The notes beneath the pieces were generated by a model. That model saw only the letters and a list, made by a program, of their open reading frames with translations, was not told the origin of the DNA and did not search any database. From Chlamydiota bacterium (GTDB lineage: Bacteria; Auribacterota; JACPWU01), in contig JACPWU010000058.1 of assembly GCA_016196885.1 (NCBI GenBank), positions 1 through 32,000 on the forward strand: a DNA stretch of 32,000 nucleotides. Direction: 5' to 3'. The position numbers and the translations under genes are program-made. Below, in pieces: positions 23,099-31,428 of the stretch. Numbering within the stretch: the stretch's first letter is position 1; each line of letters begins with the position of its first letter.

Positions 23099-23122
23099 TT
23101 ATTAAGAGAGGTATGTCAAGAT

Positions 23123-23602
23123 ATGCCTACATCAAAGCCGGTGGAAGTATTGCTGAAAGAAAAGAAAATTTATGAGATTGTGAATCCAAGGCTTGTCCAG
23201 GCTGGGCCGGATATTTCTATCAAAGAGGCCATTCGTTTGATGCAGGAGCGTCATGCGGGTTATATCGTGATTGCGAAGGATCAAAAAGTGGTGGGTCTTT
23301 TTGCGGAAAATGAAGTGGTGTTAAAAATTTTAGAAAATAACGTGGATTGGGATCAACCGGTGAGTTTGTTCATGAATTCGAGTCCTGTGACTTTGAATAT
23401 CAAAGATCCTGTGGGGAAGGCGATTGATTTGATGGGACATGGGAATTTTTATCATATCCCGCTGGTAGATGAAAATAATCATTTGATGAATGTTTTATCT
23501 GTTCGTACCCTCATTCGTTTCTTGTCTGAATTCTACCCGACAGAGGTCTATAACTTACCGCCCAAGCACGATCAGATTATACTGACACAAGAAGGGGGGT
23601 AA
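23123..23602 (+). CDS. CBS-domain pair protein
   Basis: Start taken at the ATG at 23123 (MPTSKPVEV...), GAGAGG 11 nt upstream. Two CBS repeats (...HAGYIVIAKDQKVVGLFAENEVV..., ...NFYHIPLVDENNHLMNVLSVRTLI...). Confidence 0.85.
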   Translation: MPTSKPVEVLLKEKKIYEIVNPRLVQAGPDISIKEAIRLMQERHAGYIVIAKDQKVVGLFAENEVVLKILENNVDWDQPVSLFMNSSPVTLNIKDPVGKAIDLMGHGNFYHIPLVDENNHLMNVLSVRTLIRFLSEFYPTEVYNLPPKHDQIILTQEGG

Positions 23603-23610
23603 GTTTTTGT

Positions 23611-25449
23611 ATGGTTGCTGTTAAGTCCAAAACTTCTGCCAATACGATTACCATCCGTTTTGCCGGTGATTCAGGAGATGGGATGCAGCTCACCGGGGAT
23701 CAATTCACCGATACCACGGCTGTGATGGGAAATGATTTTGCTACTTTTCCAGATTATCCTGCTGAAATTCGTGCGCCTCAAGGAACCTTGCCGGGTGTCT
23801 CCAGCTTTCAAATCCAATTTTCTGATAACATCATTTTTACACCTGGAGACCAAGCCGATGTCTTGGTCGCGATGAATCCAGCCGCCTTGAAGGTGAATTT
23901 GAAGACGGTTAAAAAGGGCGGGCTGATTATTGTAAATGAAAATTCCTTTGGCGAAGATCATTTGAAAAAAGCAGCTTGGAAGACGAACCCCTTGGCAGAC
24001 AATACGCTGAAAGATTTTCAGGTGCTTAAAGTTGCTCTCACCGATTTGACACGCAATGCTTTAAAGGATCATCCCTTGAAGGGTCAAGAAGTGGATCGCT
24101 GTAAAAATTTCTTTGCCTTGGGGATGATGTTTTGGATGTATGACCGAAGGTTTGAACATACAGTCGCGTGGATTGAAAAACGCTTTGCAAAAAGACCTGA
24201 GATGGTTGCTGCTAACATTGCGACATTGAAGGCGGGATTCAATTTTGCGGATATTACAGAGACTTTGCAGACCCAAATTCATGTGCCCAAGGCCCAATTA
24301 GAACCGGGTGTCTATCGGAAGATTACTGGAAATGAGGCGACTGCGATTGGATTTGTGACGGCGGCCCAGCTTGCAGGAAAAACTTTGTTTTATGGTTCGT
24401 ATCCGATTACGCCCGCGAGTTCTATTTTGCATGAGTTGGCCAAGCACAAAGTTTATGGGGTGAAAACTTTTCAGGCGGAAGACGAGATTGCAGCCATAGG
24501 CGCGGCGATTGGAGCTTCTTTTGGAGGACAGTTAGGAATTACGGGAACGAGCGGCCCGGGTGTTTGCCTGAAATCAGAGGCCTTGAATTTAGCGGTGATG
24601 ACAGAGCTTCCCCTGGTGGTGATTGATGTTCAGCGGGCGGGTCCTAGCACGGGAATGCCGACCAAGACGGAACAGGGAGATTTACTCCAAGTAATGTACG
24701 GCCGTAACGGCGATTCTCCTGTTGCTGTCATTGCACCCAAGACTCCTTCTGACTGTTTTCAAATGGCTCTTGAAGCCGTTCGTTTGGCGGTGAAATACAT
24801 GACGCCAGTGATCTTTTTATCCGAAGGTTATTTGGCTGAGGCGGCCGAGCCTTGGAAACTTCCAGAAATAGAAAAGTTGCCCAAAATCGAAATTCGTCAT
24901 CCCAAAGAAGAAAAAGATCCGTTTTTACCTTACTCAAGAAATCCTGAAACACTGGCCCGTCCATGGGCTGTTCCGGGCACTCCGGGTCTGGGGCATCGGA
25001 TCGGAGGATTGTCCAAAGCTGATTTAACGGGCAATGTGAGCTATGACCCTGACAACAATCAGAAAATGATTCTTTTGCGCCGAGAAAAAGTCGCGAAAAT
25101 CGCCAATGATATTCCAGACCTGACAGTAGAAGGACCCGGATCAGGAAAATTATTGGTGTTGGGATGGGGTGGGACTTTCGGAGCCATTTATCAAGCAATT
25201 TCTGATTTGACTCAGGAGGGTGTCAAGGTTTCTCATGCCCATTTGAATTATTTAAATCCCTTTCCCAAAAATTTGAAGAATGTGTTATCTCGTTTTGAAA
25301 AAATTTTAGTTCCAGAATTAAACATGGGACAGTTGATTATGATTTTACGTGATCATTTTCCGGGTGTGAATTTTTTAGGTCTCAATAAAATGCAAGGGCA
25401 TCCGTTTTCGGTTTTTGAAATGAAAAATAAAATTAGGGAATTACTATGA
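23611..25449 (+). CDS. korA: 2-oxoacid:ferredoxin oxidoreductase, fused gamma-alpha subunit (2-oxoglutarate type likely)
   Basis: 612 aa. N-terminal gamma-like domain (IRFAGDSGDGMQLTG...), then alpha domain (GNEATAIGFVTAA...YPITPASSILHEL...). Confidence 0.88.
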   Translation: MVAVKSKTSANTITIRFAGDSGDGMQLTGDQFTDTTAVMGNDFATFPDYPAEIRAPQGTLPGVSSFQIQFSDNIIFTPGDQADVLVAMNPAALKVNLKTVKKGGLIIVNENSFGEDHLKKAAWKTNPLADNTLKDFQVLKVALTDLTRNALKDHPLKGQEVDRCKNFFALGMMFWMYDRRFEHTVAWIEKRFAKRPEMVAANIATLKAGFNFADITETLQTQIHVPKAQLEPGVYRKITGNEATAIGFVTAAQLAGKTLFYGSYPITPASSILHELAKHKVYGVKTFQAEDEIAAIGAAIGASFGGQLGITGTSGPGVCLKSEALNLAVMTELPLVVIDVQRAGPSTGMPTKTEQGDLLQVMYGRNGDSPVAVIAPKTPSDCFQMALEAVRLAVKYMTPVIFLSEGYLAEAAEPWKLPEIEKLPKIEIRHPKEEKDPFLPYSRNPETLARPWAVPGTPGLGHRIGGLSKADLTGNVSYDPDNNQKMILLRREKVAKIANDIPDLTVEGPGSGKLLVLGWGGTFGAIYQAISDLTQEGVKVSHAHLNYLNPFPKNLKNVLSRFEKILVPELNMGQLIMILRDHFPGVNFLGLNKMQGHPFSVFEMKNKIRELL

Positions 25450-26468
25450 GTGAAGCTGTTTTGAAATTACCATACACCAAAGAAGATTTTGTTTCAGGTC
25501 AAGAGGTGAGGTGGTGTCCAGGCTGTGGAGATTATTCTATTCTCGCCACCATGCAAAGAACCTTGTCCAAATTTGATTTGCCTATTGAAAAATATGTTTT
25601 TGTTTCAGGAATTGGTTGTTCGAGCCGGTTTCCTTATTACATGAATACGTATGGATTTCATACCATTCATGGACGGGCGCCTACGATTGCGACGGGCTTG
25701 AGATGCGTGAACCCTGAGCTTTCGATTTGGGTGATTACAGGAGATGGGGATGGCCTTAGCATTGGAGGGAATCATTTGATTCACTGCATGCGCCGAAATG
25801 TGGATATTAATATTTTGCTTGTGAACAATCGGATTTATGGATTGACGAAAGGGCAGTATTCTCCGACTTCTGAAAAAGGAAAAATCACCAAGTCTTCTCC
25901 CTATGGAACGATTGAGCAGCCGATCAATGCACTTTGTGTTGCCATTGCCTCAGAGGCCACTTTTATTGCGAGAACCCTGGATACTGATCCCACCCACATG
26001 AGTTATATTTTGGAGCGGGCGGCCAAGCATAAAGGTGTTTCCTTTGTCGAGATTTATCAAAATTGTTTGATCTTTAATGACAAGGCCTTTGTCCCAGTGA
26101 CCGGTCGAGAGACGCGTGAGGACCGCATGGTTTATTTAAAAGATGGACAGCCTCTCGTATTCGGTAAGAAAAAAGACAAGGCCATTCGATTGAAGGGGCT
26201 TTATCCTGAAGAGGTGAATTACACAGCGGGGGGAGACACGAAAGATCTCTTGATTCACAATGAGAAGGATGAGAATCCGCATTATGCCTATTTTTTGACT
26301 CAAATGGAACATCCTGAAATGCCGGTTCCTTTTGGTGTTTTTCGAGCCATCGAAAAACCGACCTATGATGAAATGTTGGATGAGCAGATTCGGCAAGCTC
26401 AAGTGAAAGGGAAAGGGGATTTGAAAAGCTTGATTTATGGGCCTAACACATGGAAGGTGGGATCATGA
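25446..26468 (+). CDS. korB: 2-oxoacid:ferredoxin oxidoreductase, beta (TPP-binding) subunit
   Basis: 340 aa. WCPGCGDYSIL, GIGCSSRFPYY, ITGDGDGLSIGGNHLIH, VNNRIYGLTKGQ. ATGA overlap with korA. Confidence 0.9.
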   Translation: MSEAVLKLPYTKEDFVSGQEVRWCPGCGDYSILATMQRTLSKFDLPIEKYVFVSGIGCSSRFPYYMNTYGFHTIHGRAPTIATGLRCVNPELSIWVITGDGDGLSIGGNHLIHCMRRNVDINILLVNNRIYGLTKGQYSPTSEKGKITKSSPYGTIEQPINALCVAIASEATFIARTLDTDPTHMSYILERAAKHKGVSFVEIYQNCLIFNDKAFVPVTGRETREDRMVYLKDGQPLVFGKKKDKAIRLKGLYPEEVNYTAGGDTKDLLIHNEKDENPHYAYFLTQMEHPEMPVPFGVFRAIEKPTYDEMLDEQIRQAQVKGKGDLKSLIYGPNTWKVGS

Positions 26469-26995
26469 ATACCATTCAATGTCCAGCCTGTGGTTCTCAA
26501 AATCTAGCAGGGGAAGACAGGTGTGAGCAGTGCTTTCATTCGCTTATGCAAAGAGATTTGCCTCGAGCGAAAAAGGATGATGCGATTCAATCTGTGATGA
26601 TGACAGCTCCCATTTTAGAGCTTCTCACGGGAAAAGATTTGCTGGTCGCAAGTACAACCGATACTGTTCAAAAAATTGTAAAGATTTTTCAGAAGGAAAA
26701 TAAAAATTGCATCTTGGTTTATAAGAAGAAAAAAATGGTTGGTATTATCAGCTTTCGGGACCTTTTGTTAAAAGTCACTGGGAAAATTGAAGATCTCTCC
26801 AAAGTGAAAGCCGAAGCTATCATGACCCCCAACCCCGAATATGTTCGGGCCGAAGACCCCATTGCCTATGCCGTAAATAAAATGGCCATGGGCGGCTTTA
26901 GACATCTTCCAGTTTTGGCTCGAGATGGGACCCCCTTGAGCATTATCATGATCAAGGATGTATTGAAATACCTCTCTAAGAGAAAAGAGAAGTAG
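26465..26995 (+). CDS. Zinc-ribbon plus CBS-domain pair protein
   Basis: Start at the ATG at 26465, ATGA overlap with the korB stop. MNTIQCPACGSQNLAGEDRCEQCFHSL (CxxC..CxxC), then two CBS repeats (...NCILVYKKKKMVGIISFRDLL..., ...FRHLPVLARDGTPLSIIMIKDVL...). Confidence 0.85.
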   Translation: MNTIQCPACGSQNLAGEDRCEQCFHSLMQRDLPRAKKDDAIQSVMMTAPILELLTGKDLLVASTTDTVQKIVKIFQKENKNCILVYKKKKMVGIISFRDLLLKVTGKIEDLSKVKAEAIMTPNPEYVRAEDPIAYAVNKMAMGGFRHLPVLARDGTPLSIIMIKDVLKYLSKRKEK

Positions 26996-27036
26996 AATTA
27001 ATCTTTCCCCAATAGACTACAAACTCAATAATCGTA

Positions 27037-27087
27037 TTGACTTTATGCGAGTAATTATGTATATATAAAGTATATATTTATATATAC
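27037..27087 (+). promoter_or_regulatory. Sigma70-type promoter overlapped by a TA-rich near-palindrome that runs up to the start codon
   Basis: TTGACT (27037-42), 17-nt spacer, TATATA (27060-65). GTATATATAAA-GTATATA-TTTATATATAC spans 27059-27087, and the ATG follows at 27088 with no SD. Confidence 0.45.
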
Positions 27088-28227
27088 ATGTATAAGAGAA
27101 TATTAACCTTAGATAAGTTTTCTCATGAGAGTTCTTTCTTGTGGGGACCCCGTCAAACTGGGAAGAGTACTCTGTTAGAGCAGCTTTTTCCTGATGCGCC
27201 TTATTATGATCTTTTACTTTCAGATGTGGTCACTCGTTTCCAAGTGAAACCCTCGCTTTTAAGGGAAGAGCTTTTATCCAGTCCCCCTCACGGGCCAGTC
27301 ATTCTCGATGAAATCCAGAAGGTTCCAGAACTTTTAGATGAAATCCAGTGGCTGATGACTAAGAAAAATATCCATTTTATTCTGTGTGGATCTAGTGCAA
27401 GAAAACTGAAAAGGACGGGAGCTAATCTTTTGGGAGGCAGGGCCATTCGGTATCAACTTTATCCTCTCGTGTTTCCTGAAATCTCTGATTTTGATCTCAT
27501 AAAGGCTTTGAATCATGGTTTGCTCCCACGTCATTATCTTTCTAAAGAGCCACAGGAACTCGTCGAGTCCTATATTGCCGATTACCTTCAACATGAAATC
27601 GCTGCGGAGTCTCTTGTACGTAATCTCCCTTCCTTTCACCGCTTTCTTGAAGTGGCGGCTTTCAGCAATGGTGAGATTCCTGTTTTTAGTAACATTGCGT
27701 CAGATTGTGGTGTGAGCTCTCCCACCGTGAGGGAGTATTTTGAAATTCTACAGGATACTCTGATAGGCTCTTTTTGTCCGGCCTATCTGAAACGGCTTAA
27801 GCGTCGTTTAATTCAGTCACCTAAATTTTATTATTTTGATGTGGGGATCGCAAATTTTCTTCTTAAAAGAGGTTTTATTCAATATGGATCGGAATCTTTT
27901 GGGAGAGCTTTTGAACATTTTATCTACCAAGAAGTAATAGCTCATTCGCAATACTCTCGCAAGAAGTACCCTGTCAGTTATTGGAGAACTTCTTCAGAAT
28001 ACGAAGTGGACTTTATTCTGGGGGACGCCATGATTGCACTAGAGGTGAAAGGAGTCCCGCTGGTCAATTCAAAACACCTTAAAGGTCTTCAGATGTTTTG
28101 CGAAGATTATGCAGTGAAAAAAGCTATAGTGGTTTCGCTGGATCCCCGGCCTAGAAAAATGGGTGACATTGAAATTCTTCCCTGGAAAAAATTTCTTGAA
28201 GCGCTTTGGTCTGGAGAACTTATTTAA
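27088..28227 (+). CDS. AAA-type ATPase with DUF4143-like C-terminal domain
   Basis: 379 aa. Walker A FLWGPRQTGKSTLL, Walker B PVILDEIQ. C-terminal ...YWRTSSEYEVDFIL... restriction-endonuclease-like tail typical of the AAA_14/DUF4143 family. Confidence 0.85.
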   Translation: MYKRILTLDKFSHESSFLWGPRQTGKSTLLEQLFPDAPYYDLLLSDVVTRFQVKPSLLREELLSSPPHGPVILDEIQKVPELLDEIQWLMTKKNIHFILCGSSARKLKRTGANLLGGRAIRYQLYPLVFPEISDFDLIKALNHGLLPRHYLSKEPQELVESYIADYLQHEIAAESLVRNLPSFHRFLEVAAFSNGEIPVFSNIASDCGVSSPTVREYFEILQDTLIGSFCPAYLKRLKRRLIQSPKFYYFDVGIANFLLKRGFIQYGSESFGRAFEHFIYQEVIAHSQYSRKKYPVSYWRTSSEYEVDFILGDAMIALEVKGVPLVNSKHLKGLQMFCEDYAVKKAIVVSLDPRPRKMGDIEILPWKKFLEALWSGELI

Positions 28228-28318
28228 ACATGATTTCTCACAAATTGAAACGATCGTCAGAAAAAGAGTAAGTGGGTCGAAGCGAGAGGGGGAACTCAGG
28301 ACAGGTGCAAATAAATTC

Positions 28319-28347
28319 TTGACAGTTTTTCAATTCTCATTTAGATT
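28319..28347 (+). promoter_or_regulatory. Sigma70-type promoter of the Fur-family gene
   Basis: TTGACA (28319-24), exact 17-nt spacer, TAGATT (28342-47). Confidence 0.5.
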
Positions 28348-28353
28348 CTATCC

Positions 28354-28374
28354 AATTTAGATTTAGTCTCAATT
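28354..28374. promoter_or_regulatory. Candidate operator, imperfect copy (autoregulation)
   Basis: AATTTAGAT-TTA-GTCTCAATT matches 19 of 21 positions of the perfect palindrome at 28844-64. It sits between the -10 box and the ATG at 28377. Confidence 0.45.
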
Positions 28375-28376
28375 AA

Positions 28377-28823
28377 ATGAAAACTCAAACGGATATGCCA
28401 AATCGGTTTACTTCATTTCTTGAGGATAGAGGTCTTAAGTTGACGTACGAGCGGAGATATCTTTTTGAAAAAGTCTCGCGTTTGAAAGGACACTTTAATG
28501 CAGATTCTCTTTATGAGTCTCTTCAGAGAGACAAGGCTCGCATTGCTCGGGGGACGGTTTACCGGACCATTCCGCTTCTTTTGGAGAGTGGGGTCATTCA
28601 GAAGTCGGTAGGTGAGGGAAAAAGAGAGTTTTTCGAGAGCCAGACGGGAAAAGAGCATCACGATCATCTGGTATGTTTGAAATGTCATAAAGTGATTGAG
28701 TTTCACTCGGATGAGATTGAGAAGTTTCAAGATCAGATTTGTGAAAAATATGACTTTGAAATGGTTTTTCATGATCACCGAATGTATGGACACTGCGGGA
28801 GTTGTAAGGAAAAAAAGAAGTAG
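28377..28823 (+). CDS. Fur-family metalloregulator (Fur, Zur and PerR cannot be told apart by eye)
   Basis: 148 aa. RGTVYRTIPLL recognition helix region, HHDHLVCLKCHKVIEF, and a C-terminal CGSC (two CxxC pairs). Confidence 0.9.
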   Translation: MKTQTDMPNRFTSFLEDRGLKLTYERRYLFEKVSRLKGHFNADSLYESLQRDKARIARGTVYRTIPLLLESGVIQKSVGEGKREFFESQTGKEHHDHLVCLKCHKVIEFHSDEIEKFQDQICEKYDFEMVFHDHRMYGHCGSCKEKKK

Positions 28824-28843
28824 GGAAATTTTTTTTAATTTTC

Positions 28844-28864
28844 AATTGAGACTCTGTCTCAATT
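28844..28864. promoter_or_regulatory. Candidate operator: perfect 9-3-9 palindrome
   Basis: AATTGAGAC-TCT-GTCTCAATT, 21 nt downstream of the Fur-family stop and 22 nt upstream of the barrel-protein ATG. Confidence 0.55.
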
Positions 28865-28885
28865 AGAACAAGAAAGGAGGATGTT

Positions 28886-29839
28886 ATGAGGTTTGAAAAT
28901 AAGGTGAAGAAGGTTTATCGTGGGTTAGGATTAAAAATCTCTTTGTTTGCAATAGGGGTCTTGGGCTTTGCGGCATCTGCTTTTGCACATGAAAGTGTTT
29001 TCGCTTGGACATATACGACAGATTTGTTACCCAAAGGGAGATGGGAGATTGAGCATTGGACGACGGCTCGATTGGAAAAAGAGCATGGAACTTACAACGT
29101 CGTTGATTTTCGTGAGGAGTTTGAGTACGGGGTCACAGATAATTTTGGTGTGTCCCTCTATTTGAACCATCATGATGTGAATGCTAAAGAGAGTGTTCCT
29201 CAAGAGGATCCCAATAACTCAGGGCATCGCTTGCCCGGAAGCTTTGAAACGGGAGGCGAAGACATACACGCGGATCATGATCCCTCTCTTCCTTTTGATT
29301 CTTATCATTTTGAATCTGTTTCGGTGGAACTTATTTATCGGATTTTAAGCCCCTATAAGGATCCAATCGGTTTGGCTTTGTATTTAGAGCCCGAGTTTGG
29401 GGATGAAGAGACAGAGATAGAATCAAAAATTCTTTTGCAAAAAAATTGGTTGGAGGATCAGTTGGTCTGGGCGCTCAACTTGAATTATGCACTTGAATTT
29501 GAAAAGGAGGAGGAAGGGGAATACGAAAGGGACGCCAAATTTGAATGGTTTACGGGGCTTTCGTATCGTTTTATTTCAAACTGGTCCTTTGGTTTAGAAT
29601 TCTGGAATCATCATGAATTTGCGGATGCAACAGAGCATGAGCATTCTGCTTATTTTCTTGGGCCGACGCTGCATTATGGAGCCAAAAATTGGTGGGCATC
29701 CTTAGGATTTTTACATCAGCTTCCAATTGGACAGGCAATTTCCGAAGACAATAAAGAATTTGCTGAGCACGATGGCTATATTTTTGGCGATGAACATGAA
29801 AAGTATTATATTCGCCTGAAGATCGGGATTAATTTCTAA
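28886..29839 (+). CDS. His-rich putative outer-membrane beta-barrel protein
   Basis: 317 aa. Signal peptide ...GVLGFAASAFA/HES, alternating-hydrophobic strands, C-terminal ...YYIRLKIGINF (terminal Phe). About 18 His in acidic loops (NHHDV, IHADHD, NHHEFADATEHEHS, EHDGYIFGDEHE). AGGAGG SD. Confidence 0.7.
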   Translation: MRFENKVKKVYRGLGLKISLFAIGVLGFAASAFAHESVFAWTYTTDLLPKGRWEIEHWTTARLEKEHGTYNVVDFREEFEYGVTDNFGVSLYLNHHDVNAKESVPQEDPNNSGHRLPGSFETGGEDIHADHDPSLPFDSYHFESVSVELIYRILSPYKDPIGLALYLEPEFGDEETEIESKILLQKNWLEDQLVWALNLNYALEFEKEEEGEYERDAKFEWFTGLSYRFISNWSFGLEFWNHHEFADATEHEHSAYFLGPTLHYGAKNWWASLGFLHQLPIGQAISEDNKEFAEHDGYIFGDEHEKYYIRLKIGINF

Positions 29840-29849
29840 GAGGCACAAT

Positions 29850-30389
29850 ATGAAAAGGTTTGGGAAAACTTTAAGATGGTTGACAGTGCCTGGGATTGTC
29901 ATTGTGATGGATGCTCCTTCTTATGCTGAAGTGTATTTAAGTGTGGAGCAAGCGCAGCAAGTCATTTTTCCTGGAGAAGGCTTCTCAGAAATACCTTTAC
30001 AATTGAGCAGCTATCAAAAAGCTGAGATTAAGAAGCGCTCTGGGATTGCAGTTCGAGATCGCGGGATGCGCGTCTGGAAAACAGGCAAAGGAGATTTTTT
30101 GATTGTAGATACGGTGCTTGGAAAACATGAGTTTATTACCTATGCAGTGGGGATTCTTTCTGATGGAACGGTCCGTCAAATTGAAATCATGGATTATCGA
30201 GAAACTTATGGTTATCAAATACGGGATGAGGTTTGGCGTAAACAATTTGTTGGGAAGAATGCACAATCTGAGTTAATGCTGGATAAAGATATTAAGAATA
30301 TCAGTGGGGCGACTCTTTCGTGTCGTCACATCACAGATGGGGTGAAGCGACTGCTGGCAACTTATGAGACCGTCTTTCGAAAAAAATAA
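29850..30389 (+). CDS. Exported FMN_bind-domain protein (flavinylation substrate)
   Basis: 179 aa. N-terminal hydrophobic segment MKRFGKTLRWLTVPGIVIVMDAPSYA, and the C-terminal DIKNISGATLSCRHITDGV motif (SGAT flavinylation motif). Confidence 0.85.
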   Translation: MKRFGKTLRWLTVPGIVIVMDAPSYAEVYLSVEQAQQVIFPGEGFSEIPLQLSSYQKAEIKKRSGIAVRDRGMRVWKTGKGDFLIVDTVLGKHEFITYAVGILSDGTVRQIEIMDYRETYGYQIRDEVWRKQFVGKNAQSELMLDKDIKNISGATLSCRHITDGVKRLLATYETVFRKK

Positions 30390-31221
30390 TCGGATTAGAA
30401 GAGCGAGACCTTTGTTGGGGACTTTTGTTGAAGTGTCCCTCTTGGAATCTGAGTCTCAAAAGACGCAAGAAGCCATTGATCAGGCTTTTGAAGTGATTTA
30501 TCAAGTTCATTGCTTGATGAGTTTTCACAATTCGATGAGTGATGTGTCGAGGCTTAACCGTGGGGCCTTTCAGGAACCGGTGAAAGTGCATCCCTGGACT
30601 TATGAAGTTTTGAAAAAGTCAGCGGAACTTTCTCTTTTAACAAAAGGTCTTTTTGATTGCACGGTTGCTCCTCAATTGGTTAAGTGGGAATATTTGCCAG
30701 GACAGGTTGAAAAGAAGAGCAAGAGTTGGGGTTCTTACGAGGATATTAAATTTTTAAGTGCCCATAAAATCAGTTTTAGAAATCCCTTGATGATTGATCT
30801 AGGAGGGATTGCCAAAGGGTTTGCAGTGGACCAGGCGGTGACCGTTCTAAAGTCAGCGGGAATGAAGAACGGTTCTGTGAATGCTGGAGGGGATCTTAAA
30901 ATTTTTGGTCGAAAAAATCAGCCTGTGTATGTGAAGTCTCCAAGTCGCCCGAGCGATCTTGTGTTAATAGGGGAAGTCAAAGAGATGTCTGTGGCAACTT
31001 CCTCCCATTATTATTCGAGAAAATATTTAAAGGGTCGTCAGGTGAGTTCCATTATGAATCCTCTCCAAAATAAACCTTGTCTCAAAAAATGGAGCGTTTC
31101 TGTTATGGCTTCCTCTTGCATGACAGCGGATGCCTTGACAAAGGTGGTGATGCTAGCTGGAGATGCTGCAAAATCATTTTTGGAAAAATATGAGGCACGG
31201 GCGGTGATTATTAGAAAATAG
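30364..31221 (+). CDS. apbE: ApbE-family FAD:protein FMN transferase
   Basis: 285 aa. ...RPLLGTFVEVSL..., MSFHNSMSDVSRLN, DLGGIAKGFAVDQAV, SVNAGGDL, SVATSS. Overlaps the previous gene by 26 nt. Confidence 0.9.
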   Translation: MRPSFEKNNRIRRARPLLGTFVEVSLLESESQKTQEAIDQAFEVIYQVHCLMSFHNSMSDVSRLNRGAFQEPVKVHPWTYEVLKKSAELSLLTKGLFDCTVAPQLVKWEYLPGQVEKKSKSWGSYEDIKFLSAHKISFRNPLMIDLGGIAKGFAVDQAVTVLKSAGMKNGSVNAGGDLKIFGRKNQPVYVKSPSRPSDLVLIGEVKEMSVATSSHYYSRKYLKGRQVSSIMNPLQNKPCLKKWSVSVMASSCMTADALTKVVMLAGDAAKSFLEKYEARAVIIRK

Positions 31222-31238
31222 GACTATGGAAAATGAAG

Positions 31239-31428
31239 TAACTCCCCCATCCCCTCTTGTTATGCGTTTTGTAGTCGCCCCATTTATGGGGCTGCCCGAT
31301 GAATCGGGCGACTACAAAAAAACATAATGGGGAGGACTTTCATCCTCTACGATGATCTCGAAAGATCATTGGAATTAAACTAAGAGGGGAGAGACTCTCC
31401 CCTTAGATAAGGGGAGTTGGAGGGGTTA
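31239..31428. repeat. TAAC/GTTA-ended C-tract/G-tract intergenic repeat, copy B (MITE/REP-like)
   Basis: Same 5' end and 3' module as copy A. Internal 13-bp stem TTTTGTAGTCGCC/GGCGACTACAAAA (31267-79 / 31307-19) encloses two mini-hairpins. Further hairpins: GAGGA/TCCTC, ATGATCT-CGAA-AGATCAT (31352-69), CTCCCCTT-AGAT-AAGGGGAG (31397-416). Its last base is the A of the next ATG. Confidence 0.55.

Noticed and set aside
23087-23122. ORF-track start ATG at 23087 for the CBS protein. The same issue applies to the 1384 TTG for rpsU, the 4380 ATG for rmlD, the 5261 ATG for trm112 and the 26450 ATG for the second CBS protein
   Set aside because: These upstream starts fall inside promoter boxes or inside the preceding gene, and they add non-homologous N-terminal extensions. 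The downstream starts have an SD or a stop/start overlap and give family-typical N-termini.
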